Origin: a virus
Virus record (IMG/VR): IMGVR_UViG_3300029197_000003
DNA length: 64,000 bases
Strand: one strand, 5' to 3'
The notes beneath the pieces were generated by a model. The model was not told the DNA's origin. It saw only the letters and a list, made by a program, of their open reading frames with translations, and did no database searches. Numbering within the stretch: the first letter of the stretch is position 1; every line of letters begins with the position of its first letter. Position numbers and translations under genes: made by a program. Below are positions 7,555-16,600 of this stretch, one piece after another.

Positions 7555-7772
7555 GGAGGATATAAAGAATTTATGTAGTAGTTACATGATAGTTACATAA
7601 CTTCTCGTGGCAGCTCACGCGGTATGGATGATGCCGAACCTCATCCGTTTACAACTTCACGACATAGATAGTTACTATCACGTGATGCCACTTTTTCGGG
7701 GATTTGGGCCTTGCTACTTCAATTTCACTTCCGTACCCCTTTGCCAATAAGTCAAAGAACACTTTTCGCTTG

Positions 7773-7856
7773 TGAGCCACGGCGGAATCGAACCGCCACA
7801 CACCATCAACAACTCAATTCTCACAACACAATGAATGGTGTGCAACCATTAGGCTC
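7773..7856 (-). tRNA. tRNA-like element 3 (T arm plus partial acceptor, no canonical anticodon arm)
   Basis: The minus strand has GGCGG-TTCGATT-CCGCC-GTGGCTC-A. The 5-prime GAGCCTA pairs at 5 of 7 positions. ATGGT-TGCAC-ACCAT forms a hairpin in the D position. Confidence 0.3.
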
Positions 7857-8003
7857 TGTCTCGTTTTTCTCGGCAAGCAAGTCGACGACGATTAGTCAGA
7901 TTATCGCGAGACGTGAAAAAATAAAACACAGAACGCTTTCCAATTACTTGGATATTTGTATATTTGCGGTAACAAGTTGTGCAACTCGTTCCGTAACACG
8001 TTG

Positions 8004-8035
8004 CAAAGATAGATATAATATCTATTGTAACCAAA
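8004..8035 (-). promoter_or_regulatory. Bacteroidota-type promoter driving the leftward early transcript
   Basis: On the minus strand, TATCTTTG (8011-8004) matches the TAnnTTTG -7 box. TTTG (8035-8032) lies 20 nt upstream and fits the -33 box. The promoter is divergent from the HTH gene at 8076. Confidence 0.45.
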
Positions 8036-8075
8036 TAAATCTTAGATTTTATTTCTAATTTAACACTTTACAACT

Positions 8076-8504
8076 ATGAATCTAAACGAAAGAATCCTTA
8101 CATTTATCAGCCACTTAGAAATGAATGTTGCTGAATTTGAGCGTAATTGCAATCTTAGCAACGGCTCTGTATCTAAAATGGGAGACAATACCAGACGTTC
8201 AACGTTAGAGAAAATATCTAAGATTTACCCATCTCTCAATCTCAATTGGCTCCTTACAGGAGAAGGCTCTATGATTTTAGGAGAGGAGAACGCGGTGCAG
8301 CAAAAGCAGGAATCGACAGAGAGTAAGGGCGATTTCGTAAGAGTGAAGATTCATGACGACCATGTTCACTACACATATATCAATCGTAATCACGTGTATG
8401 CCGTAAGAGAAGAGGCAGACCGTATCACCGTTTACATGACAAATGGTGATAACTATACCATCTTCGAGGACTTTAAGCGCGTATTGTCAGATTTACTCAG
8501 ATGA
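8076..8504 (+). CDS. HTH transcriptional regulator (phage repressor/Cro-like, Bacteroidales type)
   Basis: The N-terminus is LNERILTFISHLEMNVAEFERNCNLSNGSVSKM...LNLNWLLTGEGSM. This is the HTH plus NWLLTGEG signature it shares with the 9165 repressor. Confidence 0.6.
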   Translation: MNLNERILTFISHLEMNVAEFERNCNLSNGSVSKMGDNTRRSTLEKISKIYPSLNLNWLLTGEGSMILGEENAVQQKQESTESKGDFVRVKIHDDHVHYTYINRNHVYAVREEADRITVYMTNGDNYTIFEDFKRVLSDLLR

Positions 8505-8702
8505 ATTCTTCCGCTTCTCGCAGTAATCTTCTATAATCGGCTTGATGTGCTTGGCCGCTTCGCTGAGGTCAGACAACTGCCGCATGACTTCATCACTTGA
8601 CACGTCTATCGGGCTGTCATTTCCACAATGCGGGTCGTTCAATACTTCCATTTCCTGGCTGTAATGCTTACCGTAAAACCTTAATTTGATATTCAGATAC
8701 AT
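8493..8702 (-). CDS. hypothetical protein
   Basis: ORF track, 69 aa, downstream of the 9074 minus-strand promoter. Confidence 0.4.
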   Translation of the reverse strand: MYLNIKLRFYGKHYSQEMEVLNDPHCGNDSPIDVSSDEVMRQLSDLSEAAKHIKPIIEDYCEKRKNSSE

Positions 8703-8712
8703 AGGTCAATTA

Positions 8713-8937
8713 TTAATGTGATTGAATCTTTTCTTTAAAGAACTCAACAGTTAAATCCTCTATCCTTTTAGCCAGTTCACCGTACAAACTATACATTATC
8801 TGCGTTTCTTCGCGTCTCACGTCCATCTCGCTGATAAAACTTGATGGGTTTAACTCACCATGAAACGTAACGTAAGTACAAATTTGTGGTTCGTCCGTGT
8901 TATGCGGATTCTTGTTTACTAATACATTTAATTCCAT
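8713..8937 (-). CDS. hypothetical protein
   Basis: ORF track, 74 aa. It is the first gene after the 9074 minus-strand promoter. Confidence 0.45.
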   Translation of the reverse strand: MELNVLVNKNPHNTDEPQICTYVTFHGELNPSSFISEMDVRREETQIMYSLYGELAKRIEDLTVEFFKEKIQSH

Positions 8938-9073
8938 ATTATATCAGTTTTTAAATTGTTAAATCCATCAGAGTAGATTTTTAGGTTCAAGTCTTGCTTG
9001 TTAGATATTTAATCGCTATTTTTGCGATAGATATTCCGCAAACGTGTTGTGTAACTTGTTTTGGAATACATTG

Positions 9074-9104
9074 CAAAGATAGTGTATTACCTGTTATTAC
9101 CAAG
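9074..9104 (-). promoter_or_regulatory. second Bacteroidota-type leftward promoter
   Basis: The minus strand has TATCTTTG (9081-9074) inside the same TTGCAAAGATAG 12-mer seen at 8001-8012. A weak -33 (CTTG) lies 19 nt upstream. Confidence 0.4.
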
Positions 9105-9164
9105 GAAAAACAGGTATTTACTTTATAGTTTAAATCTTATTGTATGGTTTAATATTATAATGCT

Positions 9165-9935
9165 ATGCAGACATTACGAGAACAAAGAAAAGAACGCCTA
9201 CAAGTATTCGGGTATTCCATGAATGCTTTCGCGAATAGTGTAGGTATAGAACCAAGTAATCTCAGTAAAATGCTTGATGGGAAGCAAAAGATTACACGGA
9301 GAACAATGGAAAAAATAAAGGCTCGTTTCCCTGAATTAAATTTTGATTGGATTCTATGGGAAACAGGTAACATGCTCAACGAGGATGCGCCGCGACTAAT
9401 GTCACAGCAAAACAATCCTCACTCACCAGAAGCGAGGATGGAGAATAATTACTATATGCATGGAGGGGCGGAAGGCGGCAACATCGCCGCACAGAACTTG
9501 GAGGTAAAAAGCGCATCCGAAGACGCACGTCCAATCATTCCATCATATATGTATAATATGCCAGACTATGATATATATGCAAACATAAAGAATGGTGCTG
9601 CAAACATGGAGATATTCTCTGTAGAAGGATTCATGAAGCAGATAGATATTATTTACAGAGTGCAGGATAATTCCATGACGCCAACCTTCACCAGTGGAGA
9701 CCTCATAGGCATCAGAAGACTGCCAGAGACAGAACACATCGTTAACGGAGATTATTATGTCATTGACACAAAACCGCATGGCGTACGTCTCAGAATCCTC
9801 ATTGAGAATGCTGATTCATACACCCTGCGGACGACAGATGCCAACCGTGACAGATATACCGACTTCAAAGTGGCCAAAAGCGAAATCATCAGTATCTTTG
9901 CCGTTATATTTCTTTTTAGACATAGCTTTGTGTAA
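9165..9935 (+). CDS. CI/LexA-like repressor (N-terminal HTH plus C-terminal S24 peptidase domain)
   Basis: The HTH is GYSMNAFANSVGIEPSNLSKMLDG. The S24 serine motif is QDNSMTPTFTSGDLIG, and a candidate catalytic Lys lies downstream in FKVAKSEI. Confidence 0.8.
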   Translation: MQTLREQRKERLQVFGYSMNAFANSVGIEPSNLSKMLDGKQKITRRTMEKIKARFPELNFDWILWETGNMLNEDAPRLMSQQNNPHSPEARMENNYYMHGGAEGGNIAAQNLEVKSASEDARPIIPSYMYNMPDYDIYANIKNGAANMEIFSVEGFMKQIDIIYRVQDNSMTPTFTSGDLIGIRRLPETEHIVNGDYYVIDTKPHGVRLRILIENADSYTLRTTDANRDRYTDFKVAKSEIISIFAVIFLFRHSFV

Positions 9936-10153
9936 TGGAAAAGAATAACAGCGATGAACAAAGAAAAGAACTCGCAAAGTTCTTTTACGACTTGGCAAAG
10001 ACCATATTTACAACAATGGTATTGGGAGCCATATCGTCAGTCTTGATATTGGATAACGATTTGACTGCTTCTTCCCTTTTGTCTTTGATATTCGGTACAT
10101 TACTAACAACATTCCTTGCGACAATAGCTTATAAATTAAATAATAAAAAATAA
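9935..10153 (+). CDS. small membrane protein (2 TM), repressor-linked
   Basis: 72 aa with a TAATG overlap with the repressor stop. Hydrophobic helices are IFTTMVLGAISSVLIL and LLSLIFGTLLTTFLATIAY. Confidence 0.5.
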   Translation: MEKNNSDEQRKELAKFFYDLAKTIFTTMVLGAISSVLILDNDLTASSLLSLIFGTLLTTFLATIAYKLNNKK

Positions 10154-10160
10154 AGCGGAA

Positions 10161-10277
10161 ATGGAAAATGTATTTAACTTACTCAATATATTCTACCTAA
10201 TTATGATTATAATTAGCGGTGGTATCTTGATTTGGATGCACACGAAGAATGGTAAAAGATGGCTTGACGGCCATTGA
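10161..10277 (+). CDS. 38-aa hydrophobic peptide, paralog A
   Basis: Hand translation gives MENVFNLLNIFYLIMIIISGGILIWMHTKNGKRWLDGH. It shares the C-terminal TKNG(K/R)(R/K)WL with the next mini-ORF. Confidence 0.4.
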   Translation: MENVFNLLNIFYLIMIIISGGILIWMHTKNGKRWLDGH

Positions 10278-10298
10278 AATAATGAAATGAGGAAAGAA

Positions 10299-10406
10299 AT
10301 GATATACTTTACTCTCATATTCTCAATATCAATCGTTTTTGTGATAGTCTTCAACTGGTGGCTATCTTGCACCAAGAACGGCCGCAAATGGCTGAAAGAA
10401 TTATGA
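10299..10406 (+). CDS. 35-aa hydrophobic peptide, paralog B
   Basis: Hand translation gives MIYFTLIFSISIVFVIVFNWWLSCTKNGRKWLKEL. Confidence 0.4.
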   Translation: MIYFTLIFSISIVFVIVFNWWLSCTKNGRKWLKEL

Positions 10407-10443
10407 TAAAAACGTCAAAACAAAATGAAGTAATAATAGTATC

Positions 10444-10788
10444 ATGAAGAACATCAATTTAACAAAGAAACATTACTTAGTTTTTGCTCTATCATTATGC
10501 TTATTAACTATAATAGGTGTAATAATAGGGATATGGTTTCACAGTGGACTGCTTCCTAAAAACTTATACTTACAAGAAGTCTACGATGTAAAAATCGTTC
10601 ATACAAACGCCCGATGTGGAACAATTAGACCTCAGGGAATAACAATAACGCCAAGGATAATTAGTAAGGAAAATTTTTTCCGTGAAAAATATTTCGAGGA
10701 GTTTAGAACGTGTGGCGTATGCTTCAATGACAGGCAATTTGAAAGGTATGAAGATGCCGTGAATGAAGCAACGAAACAAAAGAAATAA
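10444..10788 (+). CDS. membrane-anchored protein (N-terminal TM, Cys-containing ectodomain)
   Basis: 114 aa. YLVFALSLCLLTIIGVIIGIWF is a signal-anchor-like helix. Confidence 0.5.
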   Translation: MKNINLTKKHYLVFALSLCLLTIIGVIIGIWFHSGLLPKNLYLQEVYDVKIVHTNARCGTIRPQGITITPRIISKENFFREKYFEEFRTCGVCFNDRQFERYEDAVNEATKQKK

Positions 10789-10802
10789 TATTTGTATATT
10801 CA

Positions 10803-10830
10803 AAAGCCCTACCTTAATCGATAGGGCTTT
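10803..10830 (+). terminator. hairpin terminator candidate between the membrane-protein genes and int
   Basis: AAAGCCCTA (10803-10811) pairs with TAGGGCTTT (10822-10830) across a 10-nt loop, followed by an A/T-rich run. Confidence 0.4.
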
Positions 10831-10844
10831 AAAATTTCCCACCC

Positions 10845-12065
10845 ATGAAATACAGCATACTATTCTCCCCAGATACACGTGGAGACCTCAGATTAACTAT
10901 ACGGTATCAGATGAAGCGCTTTACCTTCTCCCTTGGATATAAGGTAGACTCAGCCAAATGGGATAGGGATACGCAACGATGCAAACGAAATACCACGCAT
11001 GGCGAAGAAAAGGTGCCTGCGTCAAGAATAAATACGGAGATACAGCGATACGAAAGCGAAATAATCCGCTTGGCAGATGCGTACAAAGAGGCACCGACAT
11101 ACGACCAGTTCAAGGAAGACATTTCTTCCTTGTTTAGAATAAAAGAGGACGGGATTTCAAAAAATAAAAACCTGTTTGACCTCTATAATAAATACGTAGA
11201 AGAGGCTGGGAAAGAAAGTGGATGGTCATCATCAGTAAGGTATAAGCATAATCAGATATGGCATAACTTGTACGACTTCTTGCCATCGGCAAAAATAGAA
11301 GACATAAACGCTGGCATGCTCTCTAAATTTCGCGATTACCTTATTACGCAAGGCTATCAGAATGAGACAGTAAAAAAGAAAATATCCATGCTTAAATGGT
11401 TCTTCCGATGGCTCGTCACAAAGGGCATCATTAAGGATGTGAGCTTTACTACTTATCGGGCAAAATTAAAGCGCTCAAATAACACGGTTGTATTTTTAAC
11501 TTGGGAAGAGCTTATGAAAGTCTATAATTACCCGTTTAATGAGGGTTACTTATCACGAGCGAGAGATGTATTCTGCTTTTGCTGCTTCACTTCCTTGCGC
11601 TATTCCGATGTCGCCAAACTGAAGAAATCCGACATACAAAATGGAATAATCAATGTCATAACTCAGAAGACAAATGCCGCTTTAAAAATCGAATTGAACA
11701 AATACTCCAGTTCAATCCTTGATAAATACACGAAAATGGAAGGAGACAAAGCATTGCCAGTCGCATCCAACCAGAAGATGAACAACTATATAAAAGAAGT
11801 ATGCCGCCAGTGTGAGTTAAACGAAGTCATCACATGCACCCATTATATAGGCAACAAAAAAATAACAGAAAGCAAGCCAAAGTGGAAGGCGGTTGGTACA
11901 CATTGCGGACGTCGTACATTCATTTGTAATGCCCTCATGCTTGGAATACCGCCATCTATCGTCATGAAGTGGACAGGGCATTCCGATTATAGAGCCATGA
12001 AGCCATATATAGATATAGCCGACGAAGCTAAGAAAAATGCCATGAATTTGTTTGATAAAATATAG
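10845..12065 (+). CDS. int: tyrosine site-specific integrase (Bacteroidales phage-integrase type)
   Basis: 406 aa. The catalytic-domain pattern is SLRYSD...HCGRRTFICNAL...WTGHSDYRAMKPYIDI (R...HxxR...H...Y). The N-terminus is an arm-binding-type region, MKRFTFSLGYKVDSAKWD. Confidence 0.9.
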   Translation: MKYSILFSPDTRGDLRLTIRYQMKRFTFSLGYKVDSAKWDRDTQRCKRNTTHGEEKVPASRINTEIQRYESEIIRLADAYKEAPTYDQFKEDISSLFRIKEDGISKNKNLFDLYNKYVEEAGKESGWSSSVRYKHNQIWHNLYDFLPSAKIEDINAGMLSKFRDYLITQGYQNETVKKKISMLKWFFRWLVTKGIIKDVSFTTYRAKLKRSNNTVVFLTWEELMKVYNYPFNEGYLSRARDVFCFCCFTSLRYSDVAKLKKSDIQNGIINVITQKTNAALKIELNKYSSSILDKYTKMEGDKALPVASNQKMNNYIKEVCRQCELNEVITCTHYIGNKKITESKPKWKAVGTHCGRRTFICNALMLGIPPSIVMKWTGHSDYRAMKPYIDIADEAKKNAMNLFDKI

Positions 12066-12298
12066 CGAGTTATAAAAAGTGGCACACATTATGTCACACA
12101 TTTTTCATAACTCGCTGAAAATTAGTAATAATTGTGGACCAGGAGGGACTATCCATTCTTACTTCTATTGGTATCTATAAGCCTATTTGTGTCTATAAAA
12201 CAGCGCTTTACGAATAATCCATATACATATATATGTAGATAGACGTATATAGATGTACGCAAAAGTGGCACACATTTTTTGTTATGTGTGCCACTTTT
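12064..12298. other. candidate attP region (core plus flanking arm-type repeats)
   Basis: It lies immediately 3-prime of int. Read on the minus strand, 12135-12150 is AGT-CCCTC-CTGGTCC-A, the geometry of a tRNA 3-prime end. G(G/T)CACACATT repeats occur at 12081-12090, 12093-12102 and 12267-12276, with an inverted copy at 12284-12293. Confidence 0.3.
12261..12298. terminator. 15-bp hairpin, bidirectional terminator candidate
   Basis: AAAAGTGGCACACAT (12261-12275) pairs with ATGTGTGCCACTTTT (12284-12298) across an 8-nt loop. It abuts the stop of the 12298-12648 gene. Confidence 0.5.
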
Positions 12299-12648
12299 CA
12301 TTTCATTGCCTCTACATACCTGTAAACCTTATCTTCTGGCGCATCTTCATCATCAAAGAAGAAAGCGTATGCAGCAACTGCTATCATCTCAGGAGACATA
12401 ATCTTATTGAAGTCAGCATAGGCATAGTTCAATGCTACATATTTGTCCCAATCGGTGACATGCTCTTTGAATTTCTGCTTGTTCGTTATCTCGCGTATAT
12501 CGTCAATGCTCCAATGAGGGCCGTTGTGTTCCTTTCCTTCATCGTCTGTGTAGTAAATTCTTTCTACGGCATCTATTGCAGAAACTTCGTCATAATGATT
12601 GCTGTGAGGTCTTAGATTCCCGTGATGTAAGATATAATATTTCTTCAT
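12298..12648 (-). CDS. hypothetical protein
   Basis: ORF track, 116 aa. It is the last gene of the long minus-strand late operon. Confidence 0.55.
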   Translation of the reverse strand: MKKYYILHHGNLRPHSNHYDEVSAIDAVERIYYTDDEGKEHNGPHWSIDDIREITNKQKFKEHVTDWDKYVALNYAYADFNKIMSPEMIAVAAYAFFFDDEDAPEDKVYRYVEAMK

Positions 12649-12700
12649 GGCAATTTTAATTTACAATGGTAGGGAAATTATCTTCCCTACCATCTTTGTG

Positions 12701-13525
12701 TTAAGCTGTTGTCGTTTTCAGAGCTGCGATAAGCTCCGCATTCTGCTTCTGCTGTGAGAGTTCCAGACGTGCATCATTGTAGCGCTGCTGCAAATCTGAG
12801 TTCCAATGACTGTTAAGTGTGTCGATTATGCGTTGCGTATTGTCCTGCCCTGCGCGAATAATATCGCATTTGTCCTGCGCATTTTGAAAGCCAAGAGCAC
12901 TAAAACCGCGTTCGACTGACGAGTTAATGAAATTCATACTCCTATTCAAAGATTCTGTCTGGCCTTGAATTGCGAGCTGATTCTCATAGCCCATTTTCAA
13001 AATACCCTGCTGTGTGTTGCAGCAACAATTCTGAATTGCACTTATAATGCTGGCATCACCGCGCTCGGCCGCATTGATAACACGTTCAGCGCTGAAACCT
13101 ACTTGCCCAGCAACATTTTCTACTGCTGAACGTATTGCACAAACGGCCTGTTGCAATTGATTGAAGTCGCAATTAAGATTCGCGCCAAGTGTTTTGAGGG
13201 CATCATCGTTACCCTTTATAGCTGACATCAGCAAATCTGCATTGTGGTTGTCGGCCATCTGTGAGCGTAGAGAGGCAATCTGATTTTGGATTTCTGCATC
13301 CTGCACGGCATTCCCTCTGTTGCCAAAGCCTCCGAATCCTGCACCGCCAAACAATGCAAGAAACATCATATAGGCAAATGGATTATTCATCCACTGATTA
13401 CCCATGCCTCCGTTCATCATTGCGGCCATCGCCATTGGGTCGGACTGTTTGTTTGCCATCGCTGCATAAGCCAAGGCGTCATTGTTGCCACGGTCGCAAC
13501 AGATAATTTTTTCTACTCCGTCCAT
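12701..13525 (-). CDS. hypothetical protein (Gly/Met-rich N-terminal region, helical Q/N-rich body), possibly virion-associated
   Basis: ORF track. ATG at 13525 (MDGVEKI) is preferred because the track start (TTG at 13579) lies inside a TAATTTTG -7 box. Confidence 0.5.
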   Translation of the reverse strand: MDGVEKIICCDRGNNDALAYAAMANKQSDPMAMAAMMNGGMGNQWMNNPFAYMMFLALFGGAGFGGFGNRGNAVQDAEIQNQIASLRSQMADNHNADLLMSAIKGNDDALKTLGANLNCDFNQLQQAVCAIRSAVENVAGQVGFSAERVINAAERGDASIISAIQNCCCNTQQGILKMGYENQLAIQGQTESLNRSMNFINSSVERGFSALGFQNAQDKCDIIRAGQDNTQRIIDTLNSHWNSDLQQRYNDARLELSQQKQNAELIAALKTTTA

Positions 13526-13576
13526 AATAATATGTTTTTTAAGTTGAATGCGGTAGGACTTTCCTGCCGTCTGATG

Positions 13577-13584
13577 CAAAATTA
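13577..13584 (-). promoter_or_regulatory. -7 box candidate (TAATTTTG) downstream of the giant-gene terminator
   Basis: The minus strand reads TAATTTTG, about 50 nt upstream of ATG 13525. No clear -33 TTTG was found. Confidence 0.3.
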
Positions 13585-13630
13585 CTATGAGACGTATTGT
13601 TTATTTTTTGTTCGTTTTGTTAGTTGTTTG

Positions 13631-13666
13631 TAAAAAACGGGTGCATGGTAATTTTCATGCACCCGT
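13631..13666 (-). terminator. Rho-independent terminator after the giant ORF
   Basis: On the minus strand, ACGGGTGCATG-AAAATTAC-CATGCACCCGT (13666-13637) is followed by TTTTTT. It starts 11 nt after the TGA at 13677-13679. Confidence 0.65.
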
Positions 13667-13676
13667 CAATCTTACG

Positions 13677-16600
13677 TCACTCTTCAACCTTACTTAAGGT
13701 TTCCTTAATCTGAGGTGTGTACTCGCTTTGAATCCTGCCAATTTTCTCATCGGCCTCTTCCTGCGTCTTGGAATCCTCAACGGCGCGAGCACATTCTGTC
13801 ATTATTTTCTGCACTAACATCTGTGCATGGTCAAGTGCTGCGCGTTTATCCTTGTCATCGCCAATATAACTTCTTGCGTTGTCAAATTGGCTCTTGACTG
13901 AATTATAGCTTTTCCATAGCATATAACTCATGAAATCCTTGCTCTTAGCAAATTCGTCAAGCTCTTTCACGTATTGACTGTTACCTCTCGCGGATTCTTT
14001 CTGGTAATTATCAATCTTGTAAATCAACTTTTGCCCCTTGTCGTATTCTCGTTGGAATCGCTCTCGTGCTGCACGATTATGCGTGCGGTCGTCTACGGAT
14101 TTAACCAAGGTACGGTAGAATGGTATCTCGTTAGACCTTATCTGCTCTCCTTGGATAATCTTAGCGATAACGCCAGAGGTTCTGCTGACAAATTTACCTG
14201 CGCCCCCTGTGTATGATTCAACGAGATGCTGAACCATTGCAGGGTTGACCTGCACACCTGCACGTTCGTAGTCGCCGCCGCCCTGCACCTCGTTCAACCA
14301 TTTAGACATGGCAATATAATTAGGATTGGTGCTTTGGTAAACATTTCTGAATGCAGGTGTATTCTTGTTGAACGGTTCTTTATAGATTGGCATTCCGAGC
14401 CAATTCTTATTGAAGGCAATTTCTACTTCTGGTCGCACCGCTGTTGGAACGAGAGAAAGCATGCTGCCGTTGCCTTCGGTCAAGTCAAGAGGCAGTATCT
14501 GTGACAATTGCTCAAATGCTTGAAATGTAATCTCGCTCGCTGGTAGATTTTCGCTGCCGCAAACAACCGTCCCCAACAGTTCACCAATGCCGTATGCTGC
14601 GCGATGCTCAATTGACATCGGAAGAGTTAAAAATCTTCCGTCCTTACCCAACGGCAGCATAATGCCCATTCTTCTCATAGATTCAGGCATATCCCAGTAG
14701 TCATCTGGGTCTCCGCCTATGGCAGACAACATCAATGGAATGCACATGGCAGAAAGCATGCCGAGCGTTACTGCTGCGCCGTCCCACATAAGCATTCCTG
14801 CTGTATGGTTAAGATGTAATCTAACATTCTTGTCAAGACCTTGGATGCTGGCATTTGAAAATGCGTAGAAATTCTTGAATACCGATGCTGCATAAGCGCT
14901 GAGAAAATGAAGATTGTTCATGCTGAAAAAGTTGGAAACATCCCATTTCCCTGCTGATTTACTTCCAGCGCCCTTGCGGTTGAAGTTTATAGTTACTTCC
15001 TTTGCATCCATGATAGACTGTTCCATAGAACGCCCCATCTGTCTGCTGGTAAGGAATACAGCAAAGCGCACCCAGTCTTCCGTGCAGCGGCTCAGATATT
15101 CCGCCCCCTTCATGTAAATATTCCAAGCGTCATTAATAACATAATGATGGCCGTAAACAACCTTATTACTAAGGCGTTCAATCTTACTTTTTCCTTCCTT
15201 GGCGCGAAGTTCAGAAAGAGCTTTAGTGATTTCGCCCTTATAACGCTCAACGCCCTTCATAAAAGTATAGCCTGTCTCGCCGCCATTGTAGATAAAATCG
15301 TAAAACGCCTTTTCTAAAGGATTGGACATATCAAGAGTATTGCCATTAAGTCGGTTGACAAGTCGGCCGATATTCTTGACGCACGTAAGATAGTTCTTAA
15401 CGTATCTGCCGTAATATTCCGTCCCCTCCTTTGGTATCAGTGTCGTTGAAAATTCCAAATCTCGCATGGCGTTAGAGATAGCGAACTCAACGTTTCTTGC
15501 CGTAGCCATTCTTGCAATCCAATTGGTCATAGCCTTCAAAGCAATAGCTCCAGGGTTTTCCGTGGCATCTGGGTTTAGTAAGCCATTGATAGCTTGCGCC
15601 GCCCTCGGGTTCCCGTTGATGGTCAGTATGTAGGTCTTGCCTCCACGTTTCACCATAACTTGATGCTCATTCATGTTTCTGCCGAGCACTCGGTATGGAA
15701 TATGCGGTTTCTGATGAGCCAAGGCGTAGGTGTCAGGTTCATCCTTAACCTTTTCCTCCATGTCATCTTGGAAATCAAGCATCACTTGGTTTGCTTCCTC
15801 CGTTGTCATGCCGCTTGTATCTGGCACAGCCACTGGCACCCATGCTCCGCGCGTGCCGTCTCCGTTGTCGTAGTCTTCATCAAATTTCACGTAGAGGTCA
15901 CTGACGCTGATAAGGTCGGATGGGTGGTTTAAGGCGAGGTTCAGCAATTGCTGTTTCATGAGATTGCGGTTAGACTGCATGATGGCCATTTCTGCCATAT
16001 TGCCGATAACTGCAAACGGGTCATCTGCAACACTCTTACGTCCCTTGGCTTTCTTCATGAAGCTACCCGTGCCTCCATTGATTGTTTGGTCGCCAAAATA
16101 TTCGTACACCTCATCACTCGTTGCTTCGTCAAAACCTCTGAGTGGAATGTAGTACTGATACATACTGCTTACATTGTCGTATGTCTCCTTACTTATCAGT
16201 CCTGCCTCATACGCTCTTTGAAGGGAAGACTTTGTAGCAGCACGAATGCTGTCCCACATGCTATCCGTCAGACTGCCAGCCTCGGCCTCCACTTCCTCTA
16301 CATATTTTTGCGCTTCATCCATAGCCTCAGAAACGCTCTGCGTTCCGAATAACTCTGTCAATCCTGCAAAGCTCTTCTCTTCATATTCATCAATGAAGTA
16401 GTCAAGCGTCTTCTGCCCAAATGGGTGCATGGATTTATATCTGTCATAAGCCTCTTCTGCGGCCTTTCCTGCCATATATTTTTGACGCTCCATGCCGTGT
16501 TTGGCCATCACATACGTCTTTATTTCTTCGTATGAACGGCCTGTCTCGCTGCCAAGCGCATGAATGGCCTCTATCATATCTGCATAAAGCGTCCTCTTGT

